NCBI GenBank assembly: GCA_964106915.2
Contig: OZ066924.1
From: Podarcis gaigeae
Lineage: Eukaryota
Length of the DNA stretch: 64,000 nucleotides
Strand: one strand, 5' to 3'
Part shown: one piece after another, positions 1 to 13,734 of the stretch
Layout: each line of letters opens with the position of its first letter
Numbering within the stretch: position 1 is the stretch's first letter
The notes under the pieces: model-generated
The model's input: only the letters and a program-made list of their open reading frames with translations
The model's database searches: none
What the model was told of the DNA's origin: nothing
Program-made: the position numbers and the translations under genes

Positions 1-1106
1 CCCCTGAGCATTAGCTGCCTGAGGTTGTTGCCTCACCCCACCTATTGGTAGGGCCGGCTCTGGCTGCCTTGCTGATCAACTGTTTGAAGACAGTGGTGGT
101 ACTGAAAGGACTGCTTGGGCTTTCATTATAGAGTAAGTGGCAGGTCTATGATGTGGCTACCCATTGGTTTAAATATGCTCTTAATGTGAGATAGTTAGTT
201 TGTTCTGCACTACTGCAAAATCAAACTTATATGAGCTTGTATTAGCCTCCAAAATAATAGCAGTGGGCATTTCTAGACAATTGGCTCAGATCAGCTTGTA
301 CACAGACAGATATTCATTGGTATTTGGCCTGATAATTCAGCTTCTGGTTAGAGCATTTAAAAACAACAACCACCCTGAACATTAATTTTTATTTTATTTT
401 AAAATTAAGCTTATCTGTGTAAGCAAAAGTCATATTTTAAATGCAACAATGCTGTAGTACTTACAGATAAGCAAAACTGTAATAAGAAACAAATTAGATA
501 AGATAATATTTAGTTGGCAGCAGATCTTATGAGCCACTAATAATGCACTTGAAAATATTTGTTATTTGTTATATACAGTACCAATGTGAAAACGGTGGAT
601 TTCCAGTTGTGAAGTCTGCCTCTCTGTGTTAAATGCCACTACTACTAAATTCATATCAGTCAATCAAGCAATCAAGCAGTCTTGCAAAATGTGGGGATGA
701 AATTTGCAATGTTGTAACCTACAATGGAAGTTCAATGAGCAGTGGGCTAATATGTTCAAATGGGAAATTGATAAAAGAGTTTTCTAGAGAACTGTATGGC
801 ATTTTAATGAATGAGGGAGATTGCTTGTTTGAAAAACACCCATGCCAAGCCCATTGCCCATGAAAAAGTTATGAAGCAAAGAATTTTTTTCCAGGTTTTC
901 AGCCTTCTGCCTCTTCTCTGTAGACATTTGACCCAATTAATATCCACTAAAATTCTCCATTCGGCTAGTCCCACAGCTACAGTTGAATGGAGAAAGCAAC
1001 TGATGAGTTGACTGGACCATAAAACTCCCAATGTTGCTGCAAATGAACATGAGAGATAAAACATGAGGTCTCCCTCCTGCCCTCTCTCCCTATCTCTCCC
1101 CCTCTC

Positions 1107-1109
<3 letters not shown>

Positions 1110-1147
<38 letters not shown>
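1110..1147. repeat. (CA)n microsatellite
   Basis: Uninterrupted CA run visible in the sequence. Confidence 0.95.
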
Positions 1148-1149
<2 letters not shown>

Positions 1150-2544
1150 TATTACTACTAATATTACTATTACTAATAGTATAAAGTTATGTCTGTTTTA
1201 ATTTTAGAACTTGTTACATTTAAAGGTGTCTAGCATGGAAACCCACAACTTTATCCATTGGATATTTGGCAGAGTTAATCACCTCTACAGAGACTATCAA
1301 GTCTCCAATTTTCAAGCATCTATGGTGAAAGAACAGGAAAGTGTTGACCATTTTGTTTCACAACACATCAATGGGATTTCTGGAGAGCTGTGCCTTCCAG
1401 ATCATGATCTGGATTTGAATCCAGGGCAAGTTGGATCAGATCTGGATTTGTCCTGACCAAATCAGGTCTAATCTGGATTTAAATCAGGTCCAATCTAGAT
1501 TTCCAAATCAGGGCCACAAATTGGATTAAGGGCTCTGTGCAAAGTCCCAGCATTTAGTAAAACACAGCACCTTTTAATATTAAAAAACAGTCCAAATTTC
1601 ACAGCATTAGGGCCTGAAACATTTCAAGAAGTCCCCTCTGAAGAACAGTCAATAAGATACAACCCTCTGTATTTGTTCAACACAAGCATGATATATAATA
1701 GCAAAAAGTGTAGCCACAAATTGCATCTACCTTGGTTATCCATTACTCTGGTTATTTGTAAACAGTGACAAGCATTTGATAGACATTTGTTTTATTGTAC
1801 TCTTTTTAGTTAAGTTTTCATAGAGCAAACTATTTCTGCCAGACTTAAAGAAACAGAGAAAAAGACGCTCTCTAGAAATTGCAGGCCCTCCAGGCAGAAA
1901 GCAAGAGGCAGGCGAAGCTCGTGCACTTTTCCTTCATCTCTGTAGTCAAACTCTTAGGGCTGAGGTGTTCTTTAAGAACCAAATAATTGTATTTGATGGA
2001 GAGCCCTTGAGGAATGCACAGAGGAACTACCTTTCTGTTGTTTAGCGATCACTTGCCATCTCTACGTGAGCCACACATGCTTTGAATATACATATAATTC
2101 ATATTTGCTCGTCTGCTGTCAGAATAACCTGCCATGTTCCAGACATACTTATTTACCTGGCACAGAGCAGATTGGAAATTTCTCTGGGTATTTAAAATGT
2201 ATGTCTTTCTTTCAGTGTGTGGCTTAGAGCCGTCAGCAACATGATGTTATGGGAAAACAATACGGGAAAAATAATGCGAAGCTGTAACTCAATTTTCTCT
2301 CAACAGCGAGTGTGTCTCATTGAGCTCAATGGGATTGACTTATGAGTGGGCATGTATAGGATTGTCCTCTAAGTCACTAAATGTCAGTTCAGATAAAAAC
2401 TGGTAACAGAAGAGATTCAGGGCCAACATTTGTGGTGCAAAAGATGCTCCGTTGTGTGTGTGAGGGGGAGGGAAATAAACAACTGGGAAGGTCCTTGAAC
2501 TAACTTTTGCAGCAGGGATGAAGAAAATGTAGTCCCCCAATTAT

Positions 2545-2830
2545 CAATATTGGGATATGTGCTTTTGAATTTGTTCATAAATGATACAGGTGAGCAGTGA
2601 AGTGGCCAAGCTTGTTGATAATCCTGAATGGTTCAGGTTCATTCAGAGAGAAAAGGATTGCAAACTGCTTCTAAAGGACCTGTTCAAACTGCGTGAATGG
2701 GCAATAAATTCACACATACCCTAATTTCACGTATACTGTCATGGGATCTGAAACTGGGGCTGCCTTGGCTAGTGGTGTGCTCTTGGGGTCCTAGTGGTTA
2801 GTTCACTGGAAATGTCAACCCTGTTTATGC
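2545..2830 (+). mobile_element. Degenerate CR1 LINE reverse-transcriptase fragment
   Basis: Decayed RT motifs: ttgttcataaatgat (LFIND), gaagtggccaagcttgttgataat (cf. EVAKFADD), aaggacctgttcaaactgcgtgaatgggca (KDL.KL.EWA). Confidence 0.6.
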
Positions 2831-3461
2831 TTTGTGAAAGATCTGGAAAGGAAATGGAGGGCTTTTGGGATGATGCAGTTCTAAAAGAGAACTGCCATGA
2901 CAAGACAGGCTCTGTTGCAGGATTGACGGTCAAGAGGGGGAGGAAGCCACGGCTTTGTTATCATATTTGACTCGGCGTTTGATCTGGCAGAACCCCCTGA
3001 AAAGATTGATGTCGGAGCAACAGGTCTGGGAAAGCTAATGAGCAGACGCTGAGACTGTATTTTATGGAAATGTTGAAATGGCATCTGCCTTCTGAATACA
3101 AGTTTTGGATTAATGTGAAAATCCACAGAGTACTATAACAACGTTCGTTTCAACTTGTTTGTGGAGACTTTCAGAGGTTGTAAAGAAAGGGGAAAAAATA
3201 CGATAACAACAAGAAAATTGAAAGATGATTTGTAAAGGAAAACAACAAAGAGATGAATGGAGAGAACTGTGAACATCAAAGCAGCAGAAATAAGAGATGA
3301 TTGGACCCTTTCTGAGATCGAAGCATGGATACCCCCAACAAAATTTTAAAATTCGGTTTTGTGATTTCGATCTAATGTGATTTGATTGGTTTGTTAAGAA
3401 AAATTATTATTATTTTTTTAAAGAAGGAAATATCAACCCTGTTTGTTGACAGGGTTAACAG

Positions 3462-3715
3462 GGTGTGCCTCCTCCTTGAGAGGTCCGGAGGGTGGCAACA
3501 CGAGAACCGGGCCTTCTGTGCAGTGGCTCCCCGTCTGTGGAATGCTCTCCCCAGGGAAGTTCGCCTGGCGCTTTCATTATACACTTTTAGGTGCCAGGCA
3601 AAAAGGTTCCTTTTTAACCAGGCCTTTGGTTGACCTCATGGACATCCTATACCCTTTTAAAATGTGGCTTTTTGGGGGAGGGTGTGTTATTGGCTTGTTG
3701 TTCTTATTTTGATTT
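3462..3715 (+). mobile_element. L2 LINE 3' fragment
   Basis: Translates to RAFCAVAPRLWNALPREVRLA...KRFLF, the typical L2 ORF2 C-terminus. Confidence 0.8.
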
Positions 3716-3726
3716 TATAGATAGAT

Positions 3727-3766
<40 letters not shown>
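3716..3766. repeat. (GATA)n microsatellite
   Basis: Tandem GATA/TAGA run. Confidence 0.95.
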
Positions 3767-3767
<1 letters not shown>

Positions 3768-5883
3768 GGTATGAGAGATTACATAGTGCCTGAATGTACA
3801 AAAGCATCACTGTATTTCTTTTCTTGAAGATTCTTAAGCATGCTCGAGGCATGTGGCATTTCCCTGCTTCTTGTGGAGAGTATTCCCTCCCCCCCAACCT
3901 ATGATAGTATCATTTCTGCCATTTATCCCCTTTTCGTATCATATGGCAACACTGATCCTTTACCCTTTCCTTCTTTCATTATTTTTTAGTTGAGGCTGGG
4001 TCTCCCTCCCCCCCCTTCAGAAAGTAATACTTTGTAGGGAGAAATGGCAGGATATTACTCACAGGAGGAAGCGCTATTATTCTTAAAGGATTTTTGACAG
4101 ACTGGCTTCCAGTTTCTGAATGCTGTACTCTTGATATGCCCGCTATGATTTTTATGTTCAAATTATAAACATTTCCAACACAGTACAGCTCAATCTAACT
4201 CCCCAGGTATAGTTTATCAGAAAGCAATTTTGTTTAAATGGAAAGACAAATGAAGGGATGCTACCATCACATGCCTGTCACACAAAGGCAACCTTGTGTT
4301 TGGGATTCATCACAGGCTAAGTGAGAATTTATTTTAGGGTGGAGGGAAGCTAGGGACTGTTAAAAGGGCACTGGCCGTGCATCACTGGTGTGCCAGATAT
4401 GCCACTAAACCATTTTGAGATACGTTCCAGGAGAAGGAGAGAAATGGCCTGTCACGGTGGAAGATTGAGGATTTAACAAGGCAGATGTCTGAATGAGCCC
4501 TAAAGGTCAATCAGCTTCATCAGAAACTACTTGAAAGACTACAAATGCGGCATAATATCCTCATGGGAGGCACCCACGATGGATGTCTAATAGCTATACA
4601 CTGCAGACCCTGCAATATAAAATTTGCAGGGGATTTAACTCACAAAAAGGGCGAGGACTTTATTGCTCTCAGAAGTCATTTTTCTTCCAAGAAGGCAGCA
4701 GCATAGGGCGTTTACTTGCATGTTTTAATGCTTTTTGAGTAGGAGTATGTGAACCAAATGTGCAGTTTAATAGGCCTCTGAAGTTTGCAGAGATGGAAAA
4801 CGCGTTTGGATCGACTCTGTGTTCTATTTACCAGTCCTGGTATATGGAAACCTGGCATGCATAAAATGAAAATAAATTAGCTGCAATACAGATAAAGCCG
4901 CTTTGCCCTCCTGAAGTCGATACTATGATAAACTTCGCTGTATTTTGGCTGTGCTGCAGTAAAAGGAGGATGTGTGAAAATGTAACGGAATGCAAAAGGC
5001 TGAGCATGTTTTCCCATGCGCAATAGTTTGTAGGGGGCTTTGTTGCAATGGAGAGAAAGAAGTAATAGAAAAGTTAAAACTGAACTATGAGATATATTCA
5101 AACAGCCTCCAGCAGAAGGCTAATAACATATTATAGGAAGAAAAGGTGGAATGAAGCAGGTGATCTGGAAGAAAAGGGGGTGGAGTGTAGCAGAGTACCT
5201 GCAATGAAGCATATTTAACTGCACATAAGAATTCTGTACTTTTTCGCTACAAAATGAACTATACTTGATAAAGCTACTGGTTACGCTCTTTCTACTTTCC
5301 TCCCTTTCACACCTACAGATTTATAAAACATTACACATAAAACCATATGATCAATAGAAGAACTGTATGATAAATTATCCATCACCCCAAGCTTTCTTTG
5401 ACATGCCTCAGCTATGGAAGCACAAAGAAACTATAATTCATATTGCATTTCAGTTGAATTTTCTTTCAGCATATGACTTGTCCAAAGCCCAGTTCAGACA
5501 GACCATGAGATGAGTTCTGACCAATATAATATTTTGAAGCCATCACACTGTACATCTTCATGGCATTCTGGGAAAAAAAAGAAATTTCAAGAGATTCTCC
5601 ATGGATTCTGACTTTGCACATCATATTAGATTGGTCTGGGGAAAGTAATGAAAACCTCTTGTTTACTTTCTTCATATTTCTTAAATCTTTATCTTTGAAG
5701 CTTAAGAAATTGAGAAGCTGGACCGTCTGGCAAGAGGAAGGAAAAAATACGTTGATATTTACTCAGCACAAATTTAGAATGAACTTAACCAGCTGTCTCC
5801 GAAGCAATTATTATAGTTCTGGTTGTTTACTGCATTCATTTAAGACAAAAACCAAAACCACAAGCATTCTTCTGTAGGGCTAA

Positions 5884-6251
5884 AAGGTAAAGGACCCCTG
5901 GACAGTTACGTCGAGTCAAAAGCGGCTATGGGGTGTGGCGCTTATCTCACTTTCAGGCCAAGGGAGCCGGCGTTTCTTCAGACAGCTTTCTGGGTCATGT
6001 GGCCAGCATGACTAAACCGCTTCTGCCACAATGTAACACCGTGACAGAAACCAGAGTGCATGAAAACACCATTTACCTTCCTGCTGCAGCAGTACCTATT
6101 TATCTACTTTCAGTGGTGTGCTTTCGAACTGCTAGGTTGGCAGGAGCTGGGACAGAGCAATGGGAGCTCACCCCATCTCAGGGATTCAAACCACCGATCT
6201 TCCAATCGGCAAGCCCAAGAGGCTCAGTGGTTTAGACCACAGCACCACCCG
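5884..6251 (-). mobile_element. Sauria SINE (Squam1)
   Basis: (ACCTTT)n tail and tRNA-like head on the minus strand; TSD ctg(t/c)agggctaa at 5872-5883 and 6252-6263. Confidence 0.92.
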
Positions 6252-6782
6252 CTGCAGGGCTAATCTGTGATTGGTATATTATACCCTTTCAGACTCAACA
6301 AAACTGAAGGATAGAGTATGCACTTTCAATTTTTATGAGAAGATTGTCCCCATTTGGGTCATAGCGTGGAACCCAAGTGGTGCCATTTTGCTTATGGAAG
6401 GACTGTTTAAGGTATCTGTTTAAGGAAGATAAGGCTATGCAATTTTTGCTAATTCCCCCTTGTCCCTGCAGTTCCTCACACCACCTTCCAAGTAGTTCTT
6501 AGAGGTTTCCCAGAGGGAGGCTGCAGGGGGAAGGGGAATATGCAAAAATCACCACCCCTTTCTTCTACTTGCAGATGATGCCAGCTGATCAAAAGCTGTT
6601 CTAGAGTGCAAGGGAACCAGTTGGATTACATCCATAACATTTAGAACATCCAAAATAATTGCCTTCATTGTGTGAGAGTCTCCAAAGTCTCTCCACTGGA
6701 ATGGCAGGAACACAAAATGGAGATGATGGACATGGTGACCCAATGTAATAGCTGTGCTCCATGTTGCAAGTGTTTCCAAGTA

Positions 6783-7007
6783 CAGTGGTACCTCTGGTTA
6801 TGTACTTAATTCGTTTTGGAGGTCCGTTCTTAACCTGAAGCACCACTTTAGCTAATGGGGTCTCCTGCTGCTGCCGCGCCACTGCAGCACGATTTCTGTT
6901 CTCATCCTGAAGCAAAGTTCTTAGCCCGAGGTACTATTTCTGGGTTAGCGGAGTCTGTAACCTGAAGCATATGTAACCTGAAGCGTATGTAACCCGAGGT
7001 ACCACTG
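6783..7007. mobile_element. Tc1/mariner (pogo/Tigger-like) MITE
   Basis: TIRs cagtggtacctc...gaggtaccactg flanked by TA on both sides; internal gtaacctgaagc repeats; same family as 50836-51073. Confidence 0.88.
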
Positions 7008-7024
7008 TATTACGTACAATAAGA

Positions 7025-7386
7025 GGGATGTGGGTGGCGCTGTGGTCTAAACCACTGAGCCTCTTGGGCTTGCCGATTGGAAGGTTGGCAGTTCCAATCA
7101 GTGCAAAAGGGTGAGCTCCCGTTGCTCCGTCCCAGTTTCTGCCAAATGAGCAATTTGAAAGCATACCAGTGCAAGTAGAAGCTGGTATTGCAGTGGGAAG
7201 GTAAATGGTGTTTTGGTGCACTCGGGCACTCAACACGGTCCTTCGTGTACTAGTAGTGGTTTATTCATGCTGGAAATCTGTCTGTGGACAAACGCCGGCT
7301 CTCTTGGCCTGAAAAGAGAGATGAACTCCACACCCCATAGTCGCCCTTGACTGAATTTAACCATCCAGGGGTCTTTTACCTTTACC
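7025..7386 (+). mobile_element. Sauria SINE
   Basis: Head gggatgtgggtggcgctgtggtctaaacc, tail ttttacctttacc; TSD ttac(g/a)tacaata at 7010-7021 and 7387-7398. Confidence 0.9.
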
Positions 7387-8782
7387 TTACATACAATAGT
7401 TTATTATTCTATGTATTTGCCACTAAAACTACACATTGGGGGAATTTCTTCAGTCTCAGAAACCAAATAAATGTACTGCTAAACTAAATCTAAGCAAGTA
7501 ACTGTGACTTTTCATAGCAAAAGCCAAGGGACTTTTGGTTTGAGCAGAAAAAACCAAGAGATTCCCAACTGGTGTCAACAATTACAATCAAGGACAAACC
7601 ATCACACAGAGCACATTTTCATTTATGCCTGAAGAGGAAGGGTCCACAGTCAACATTTCTCCTTCCCTCTCTCCGTATATAAAAAAGAATGATTTAACAT
7701 TTTTCTTCTGTTTATTTCCAAAGGCAATTTTACATTTCATTAGGTACAACAATATGTCATCAGTCTTCCATATAGTTACAGTCTCAGGTAATAATAGTCA
7801 CCCTGTAAAGGTTAACAACAAAGTGCACATTTTGCAAGGGGTACACAAAGCAAGCTAAATACCCCTTTCTACCAAGTCATTCAAGAAAAGTTTATTGTGT
7901 CAGGAAGTAAGTGGGCATATTACCCGCCAGTAGTTCATACGTAAATGACTGGAGTTGACTCAAATGGGCTTTTTTTAAGTCGTCAAGGAGAAGAGAAAGT
8001 CGGAAGTTGTGATGTACTGGGAACTGAACAAAGATGTGGCATACTGTGCTATACTGAGGTTCCACAGCATATTACATACCCAATAAGGTAACACAAGAGC
8101 GTAAGGAAAGAAATTAGCTCGGATTCAGTAGAATTCCACCTGCTCAAATGCCTATATTTATTCAACATAGTTCTAACAAGTGTTGGCAAGTGAGATAAAG
8201 GATTAACAGTGCAAGTCCATGCATGGCTTCTCAGAAATAAGTCTTACGAAATAGGATGAGACTTACTTGGAAGTAAGTGAATCTAGAATTGCAGCCTAAT
8301 CGCTCAATGACATTGTTAGCAATTCTTTTCTTCAGAGAATAAGGGTGTTGTTCTAACACTTATTATGAGAACTTTCCAACTTTGCTATGAAGTGTGGAAT
8401 TTACGTGCAAGCCTGCAATCATCAGGTGCAATCCTGACACTCAATTCAGGGATATTGGACACTGAGACCTGGACACATTCCAGTTTGTCAGCCCAAGAGT
8501 TAAAACAGACCACAGAGATAAATCAGAAGTAAATTTTATTATATTGAAAGGGAACACATGTATTGTCTCAAAAGGGAATTAGTGCATTTACTAAAAATAT
8601 TAAACAAAATCAATAAATGGCAGACTCACACTTGTCTGAGCTTAGAAGAGTCAAAACCAGTGCGATAATTATTCTTAGAAGCATTCCTAGGAAAACTAGG
8701 ATGTGGTCACGGAAAGGGTGGAATGGGGGTAGGGGGAAGGAGGAAATTTGGCTGAAGAGCTGAAAATGGTACCAGAATATTA

Positions 8783-10080
8783 TTTTTTTAATAACATTTT
8801 ATTGGGTTTTATAAACAAAGATAATAGGAATAATAATACTAATAAATAGACCAAGTCTTCTAATGTCATTTGTATATCACAAAAATGGCATAATAAATTT
8901 GCGGTAAGATCTTCAACATGGCCCCTAGGAGTTGGTTGCTATGATTATTAGTGGTAAAATGTATAGGTTCTTGGTTCGTGAACTGGATTAAGCAAAAACA
9001 AAGGGGAAACAGGATAGAACAGAATAAAACTAAATTAACAGGTAACATTCAACATCACATAGCTAAACACCCAATCTGGAGCCATTGTGGTTGTGCTTAG
9101 ATAAATTACAAGCAATAGTCATTTTTCTTCTTATGTTACCAATGAAACAATATAAGTGTTGGTAATTGATGAATATAGGAGGGGAATTCAAAGTAAAGAC
9201 TTTTTTGGAGGCTGACAAAAAATGGCTCATCATAAAATGTACACCCACTTGCTGGCATGCGCAGAATTAGAATTACAAGAATTTAGTAAGTTATGGTGTC
9301 ATCTCTCAAAGGGGAGATCTATTTATTCAAATGACTTTTTTTTTGGTTGGGCTGATTAGATTCCAGAAAAGGCTGACATGTTTTAATAATACTTTATAGA
9401 CTAACTTCCTTCTTCAGACCCAATTCTGGAATTTCCTCTAACTTGTTATATTAAGAATATATCGTAACAAGAATATATTAAGCATTCTTTTCTTTATGTT
9501 ATTCTCATTTTCAATTTTGAAGAGAACCATATTCAAAAATTTCCACTGTTGATTATTTTAAACCTTTTGGTCTGATTTGCTGGTATGGCTCCATAAGAAT
9601 AAAATTACCATTAGGAACTTCACATAAGGTTGATTGTCATTTATCGTTACATGGGAGAGTCATCATTATTAACAACTTTTCATCATATTGAATAGGTTTT
9701 CATTCCACAAGTGCCTCAGTGACATTTAACAGAGTCATCCTTCCATAATGAATATCTCTACTGTTCATAATGGTTCTCTAGATCTCAAGTAATCTCCATT
9801 TACTTACATTTTTTTTAACCAAGTTGGGGTACTTGTCCAGATAATTGAATAGAGATATTGAGTATATACTGAATATATTTCTGACATTAAGAGGGCTTTG
9901 TAAAACCTGTCATAAAAAGGGCCCCCAAAAGAAATAAAGATCTACAAGAAGTAGCTAAATGAGATGCCAATACATATAGACCTACTGAGATAATATAAAA
10001 ACCTATTGGGATAATACATAAAACAGTGTTAAAACGCGGGTTGTGAGGAATAATGTCAGCCATCTTGGTTAGCAATATCA
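8783..10080 (-). mobile_element. Old L1-like LINE 3' fragment
   Basis: T-rich left end with tttatt (poly(A) signal and tail on the minus strand); decayed ORF2-C-terminal-like frame (CQQVGVHFMM); possible diverged TSD agaatattat/agaattcttat. Confidence 0.45.
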
Positions 10081-10230
10081 CCTAGAATTCTTATAGAGTG
10101 TACCAACAGAGAAAAGGAACATTTGACAAAGACTTTGAGGTGACAGCAATGTTCAGTAGAAGACAGTGTTAATTATGAATCCATGCAAAAGTTCTAGAGC
10201 TTTGTGTAAAGGCGAAACATGAAGTAAGTG

Positions 10231-10386
10231 CGGCCATAGCTTTGTGGTAGAGCATCTGATTTGCATACAAAAGGTTACCTTATTCAGTCCCTGGCATTTC
10301 CAGGCAGGATTGGAAGAGACCCCCAGTCTGAAACCCCTGATATTTCAGTCTGCCAGTCAGTGTGCATAAGGCAGCTGACTATGTTC
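10231..10386 (+). mobile_element. tRNA-derived SINE (tRNA-Cys-like head), degenerate
   Basis: tagctttgtggtagagcatctgatttgca head and ataaggcagctgactatgttc tail; related copies near 41845-42005, 55215-55300 and 56563-57575. Confidence 0.65.
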
Positions 10387-10614
10387 AGTGTGCACCAAAT
10401 TCTTCTTAATGCTGAAAGTGATTAGAAGATTCCGAAGTCTTGAGACTAATTCAGTTGTCTTGTATAATTGACTAGAGTGAAAAAGCAACTATTCTTGACA
10501 AGGGATGCGAAACTAATGGCTAGGGTGTGTGTGTGCGGGTGTGTGATGGTGGTGGATCCAATATCCTGCCCTCCTTTCACTGATGGAATGGAGGTATTTT
10601 GCACTTCTACTTTG

Positions 10615-10620
<6 letters not shown>

Positions 10621-10648
<28 letters not shown>

Positions 10649-13600
10649 ACCTTTATTGCATTAGCATACAGCCATAGCAGGATAAGACAAAAATGCTAGA
10701 GACAAGCAAGCAGACAAGATTCAAAGCGATATTACTGGCGTTATGACATTTAAATTACCCTAAGACAATAATGTAAAGATTTAGTTGCCGGCGCCGGGAA
10801 TCTAAAATGCGGATGTATATAAAGCATATAATGGCCCCAAAATAGGCTCGGCACAAAGGTTAAAAAGGTAATAAAAAGAATTAAAACAGGTCCAGGTCTA
10901 GGACACACTACCCAGTCAGAGTAGCCCTGAGTTTCAAAGCCTGCACTATAAAGATTGCCACCCCACGTGAAATTTGGGGATTTGCGTCCACAAGAAGCGA
11001 TTTCAAACAGTCTTCCTTAGATGTGATGGTGGACGGGATCAAGAGGAGGAGCTTAGTTCTTATTAGCTCATAAATAGGGCAGTAGAAAAAGAAATGTATG
11101 AAGTCCTCTACTTCATTCATTGTGTATGGACATAGACGCTGAGTAATAGGGGTCTTAGAGTAAATCCCCTGCAAGAAGGCCGTGGGTATAGAATGGAAAC
11201 GGGCCATGGTAAACGCTATTCTCAAATTGGGCTCCGTCAGGTCTATCAAGTAGTTGGCAAGTGATCTAACCACTTTCACTTTAGGGAGCCACATGGAGAG
11301 GCGAGCTGTGGTGGACTGTGCCCGGTCCATGGCCTCGTCTCTTGTAAGAATCCAGGCCCGGATTTTATGTTGGTCCCAAGATGACAGCGTGTCAAGATCT
11401 GGGAGGGAGTAGCGTGCAGTAATAGTCTCCTTGGCCTTGGACCATTTGTTGCTATGAGAACAAGTTAAAAAGGCTTGCCTGGCTAGTAGGGAATCTGGGG
11501 CTTTGATTAATTTACAATAAAAACTGATAATTCTAATGTGGGCTCTCGCAACAATGGAGGGTAGGCCCAGTTCTGTTCTTAACTGTGCAGCAACCGAGCC
11601 CTTGGGGAGACCCAGTACCTTCCATGCAAAAGTGTTTTGTAGAATCTCGAGCCGTTGTAGTGTTTTAAATTCCACGCCCAGATTTCAACCCCATACAGTA
11701 ACATTGGGAGGACTTTGCTGATAAATGCTTTTCTGATTGGTGGAACCAACTGGCCGCCTTTTGCATAGAAGAATTTCTCCAAGGCTTTGATGGTTCTACG
11801 GGCAGCCAGGATGGTGATATTTAGGTGAGCTGACCAGCTAAGCCCATGCTGAAAAGTGATACCCAAATACTTGAATGCTGAACAATATTCAATAGAGTGG
11901 CCCTCGAAATTCCAAAATTGCTTCCGAATTTTCGTGCCAAAAGTAAGAATTTTGGTTTTGGCAAAATTGATTTTGAGGGAGTTGGTATCACAATATGTCA
12001 TGAGCCCTCTGAGCATGTTGTTTAAGCCCTGCTTGGTTAAAGACAGTATCACCATGTCGTCCACATAAAGTAATATGGAGATCTTGCGCTGTTGTAAAGA
12101 GGGGGCAGATTGGTTTAGGGCCTTCATGGTTGTAACGATGTCATTGATGTAGAAATTAAATAGAAAAGGGGCCAAGAGGCAGCCCTGTTTGACCCCTTTA
12201 TTCAGAGGGAAAGAATCAGAAAGAGCTCCCAGAGGGCCAAATTTTACTCTGGCCGATATGTCATTATGAATTTCCATAAGAAGGTGGAGGAGTCTCTTAT
12301 CTATGTTGGTGTAACTAAGCTTCTGCCATAGCCTATCTCTAGGGATGGAGTCAAAAGCGGAGGTCAGGTCCACAAAGGCCGCGTGTAGTTTACAGTTGAA
12401 CCTGTTTAGGTATTTATCAATCAGGGTAAATAGAACAAGACATTGGCCAGATGTACTATGACCTTTACGGAAGCCAGCCTGTTCCGGGTGGAATAGCTTT
12501 GTTTCTTCTGCCCACTCGATTAATTTCTCTAGCAAGAATCTAGAGTAAACCTTGTATGATATGTCCAGCAGGCTGATAGGTCGATAGTTACGCGGATCTT
12601 GTGGGTCCCCCTTTTTATGTATTGGGATGACTATGCTCTGTTTCCAGTTAGGTGGAATCTTAAGAGTAGCATTAATTGTGGTAAAGAGAGATGCTAAGAT
12701 AGGGGCCCACCACATCTGGTTCGATAAAAATACCTCAGGTGGTATCATATCCTCCCCCGGGGATTTATCCCCTGATAGCATGCTGATTAGTTGTAAACAT
12801 CTCTCTGGGGAAACTGGTTCCCAGGTGGGCAAGGCAGATGCTGGAAGAGTAGAGACTACGTTTACTTCGGGATCTGGGGTGGAATACATCTGAGCAAAGT
12901 GAGAGTGCCAACTGGCTGCTGTGATGTTATTAACGATGAATGAGTGGGGTCTTAAACCTGCATTAATTAAATTCCAGAATTTCTTGTCGTCACGGGTTTT
13001 AATGGCCACTGACAGCGCCGTCCAGCGTTCTTTCGCAAAGAGCAATTTCTTATGTTGAAGCAGCTTCTTGTAGTATGAACGAAATTGGGCTAACTCCCTG
13101 ATTTTGCTCTGGGTGCTGTCTGATTTCATATCAGACTGAATAAATCTAAGCCAGCTTCTGCACTGTTTGCATTCTTCGTCGAACCAAGTTTGATTCTTCC
13201 AGGTTAGAATTGCACGGGGAGGTTTTGTGAGTGAAGGAAGCAAGTAGGCTAGAATTTGCTGGAAAATTGAGAAATGATTCACATTCATTGTTAACAGCTG
13301 AGCTTTCAAGGCTAGGATCTCAGGGGAATTTAGGAGGACTTTTATGTCTTGCTCCAGATAGGTATCCCACTTCTTACGTCCGGGGGCTAAGATCAGAGGG
13401 TCCTGGAGGTGGAGTGAGCTGGGAAGCCCCAGCTGTGTGTGGAGGAAGGAGATGGCGATTGGAAGGTGGTCACTTTCAGTTCTGTTGAACACATTGAAAC
13501 AATATGCCTATCATTAAATGCCGAGGAGGACCAGATGTAGTCTATAACACTTGCCCCTCTCGATCCTAGAAAAGTGTAGAATCCCCCGGACCAGTCTTTG

Positions 13601-13666
13601 GGTGTGCCATGCAATCTGTGCAGCCCGCAGTTTATGGTAAACTCCATTAGTATAATGCCAGCCCTA
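10621..13666 (-). mobile_element. RTE-X clade LINE, 5'-truncated, about 3 kb
   Basis: 9-bp TSD ttgaactat (10612-10620, 13667-13675); (ATTG)n tail after aataaag; ORF2 with endonuclease end, RT and C-terminal zinc-finger-like motif. Confidence 0.85.
10908..13647 (-). pseudogene. LINE ORF2 (APE C-terminus + RT + C-terminal zinc-finger-like motif), frameshifted twice
   Basis: IDYIW and SDHLP (APE); NYRPISLL, EQAGFR, FVDLTSAFDSI, GVKQG, LLYVDD, FKYLG, LLYGVEIW (RT); RLCP..VEDFIHFFFYC. Frameshifts near 13490 and 11680 link ORFs 13393-13647, 11579-13492 and 10908-11675. Confidence 0.93.
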
Positions 13667-13734
13667 TTGAACTATTTATCTGCCTTTGGAAACAACAGGA
13701 GGGAAATAAGCCAGGACTACATAGGTTACGAACA

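Noticed and set aside
2845-3380. Possible L1/Tx1-like 3' remnant or pseudogene
   Set aside because: Peptide hints were too weak to assign by eye.
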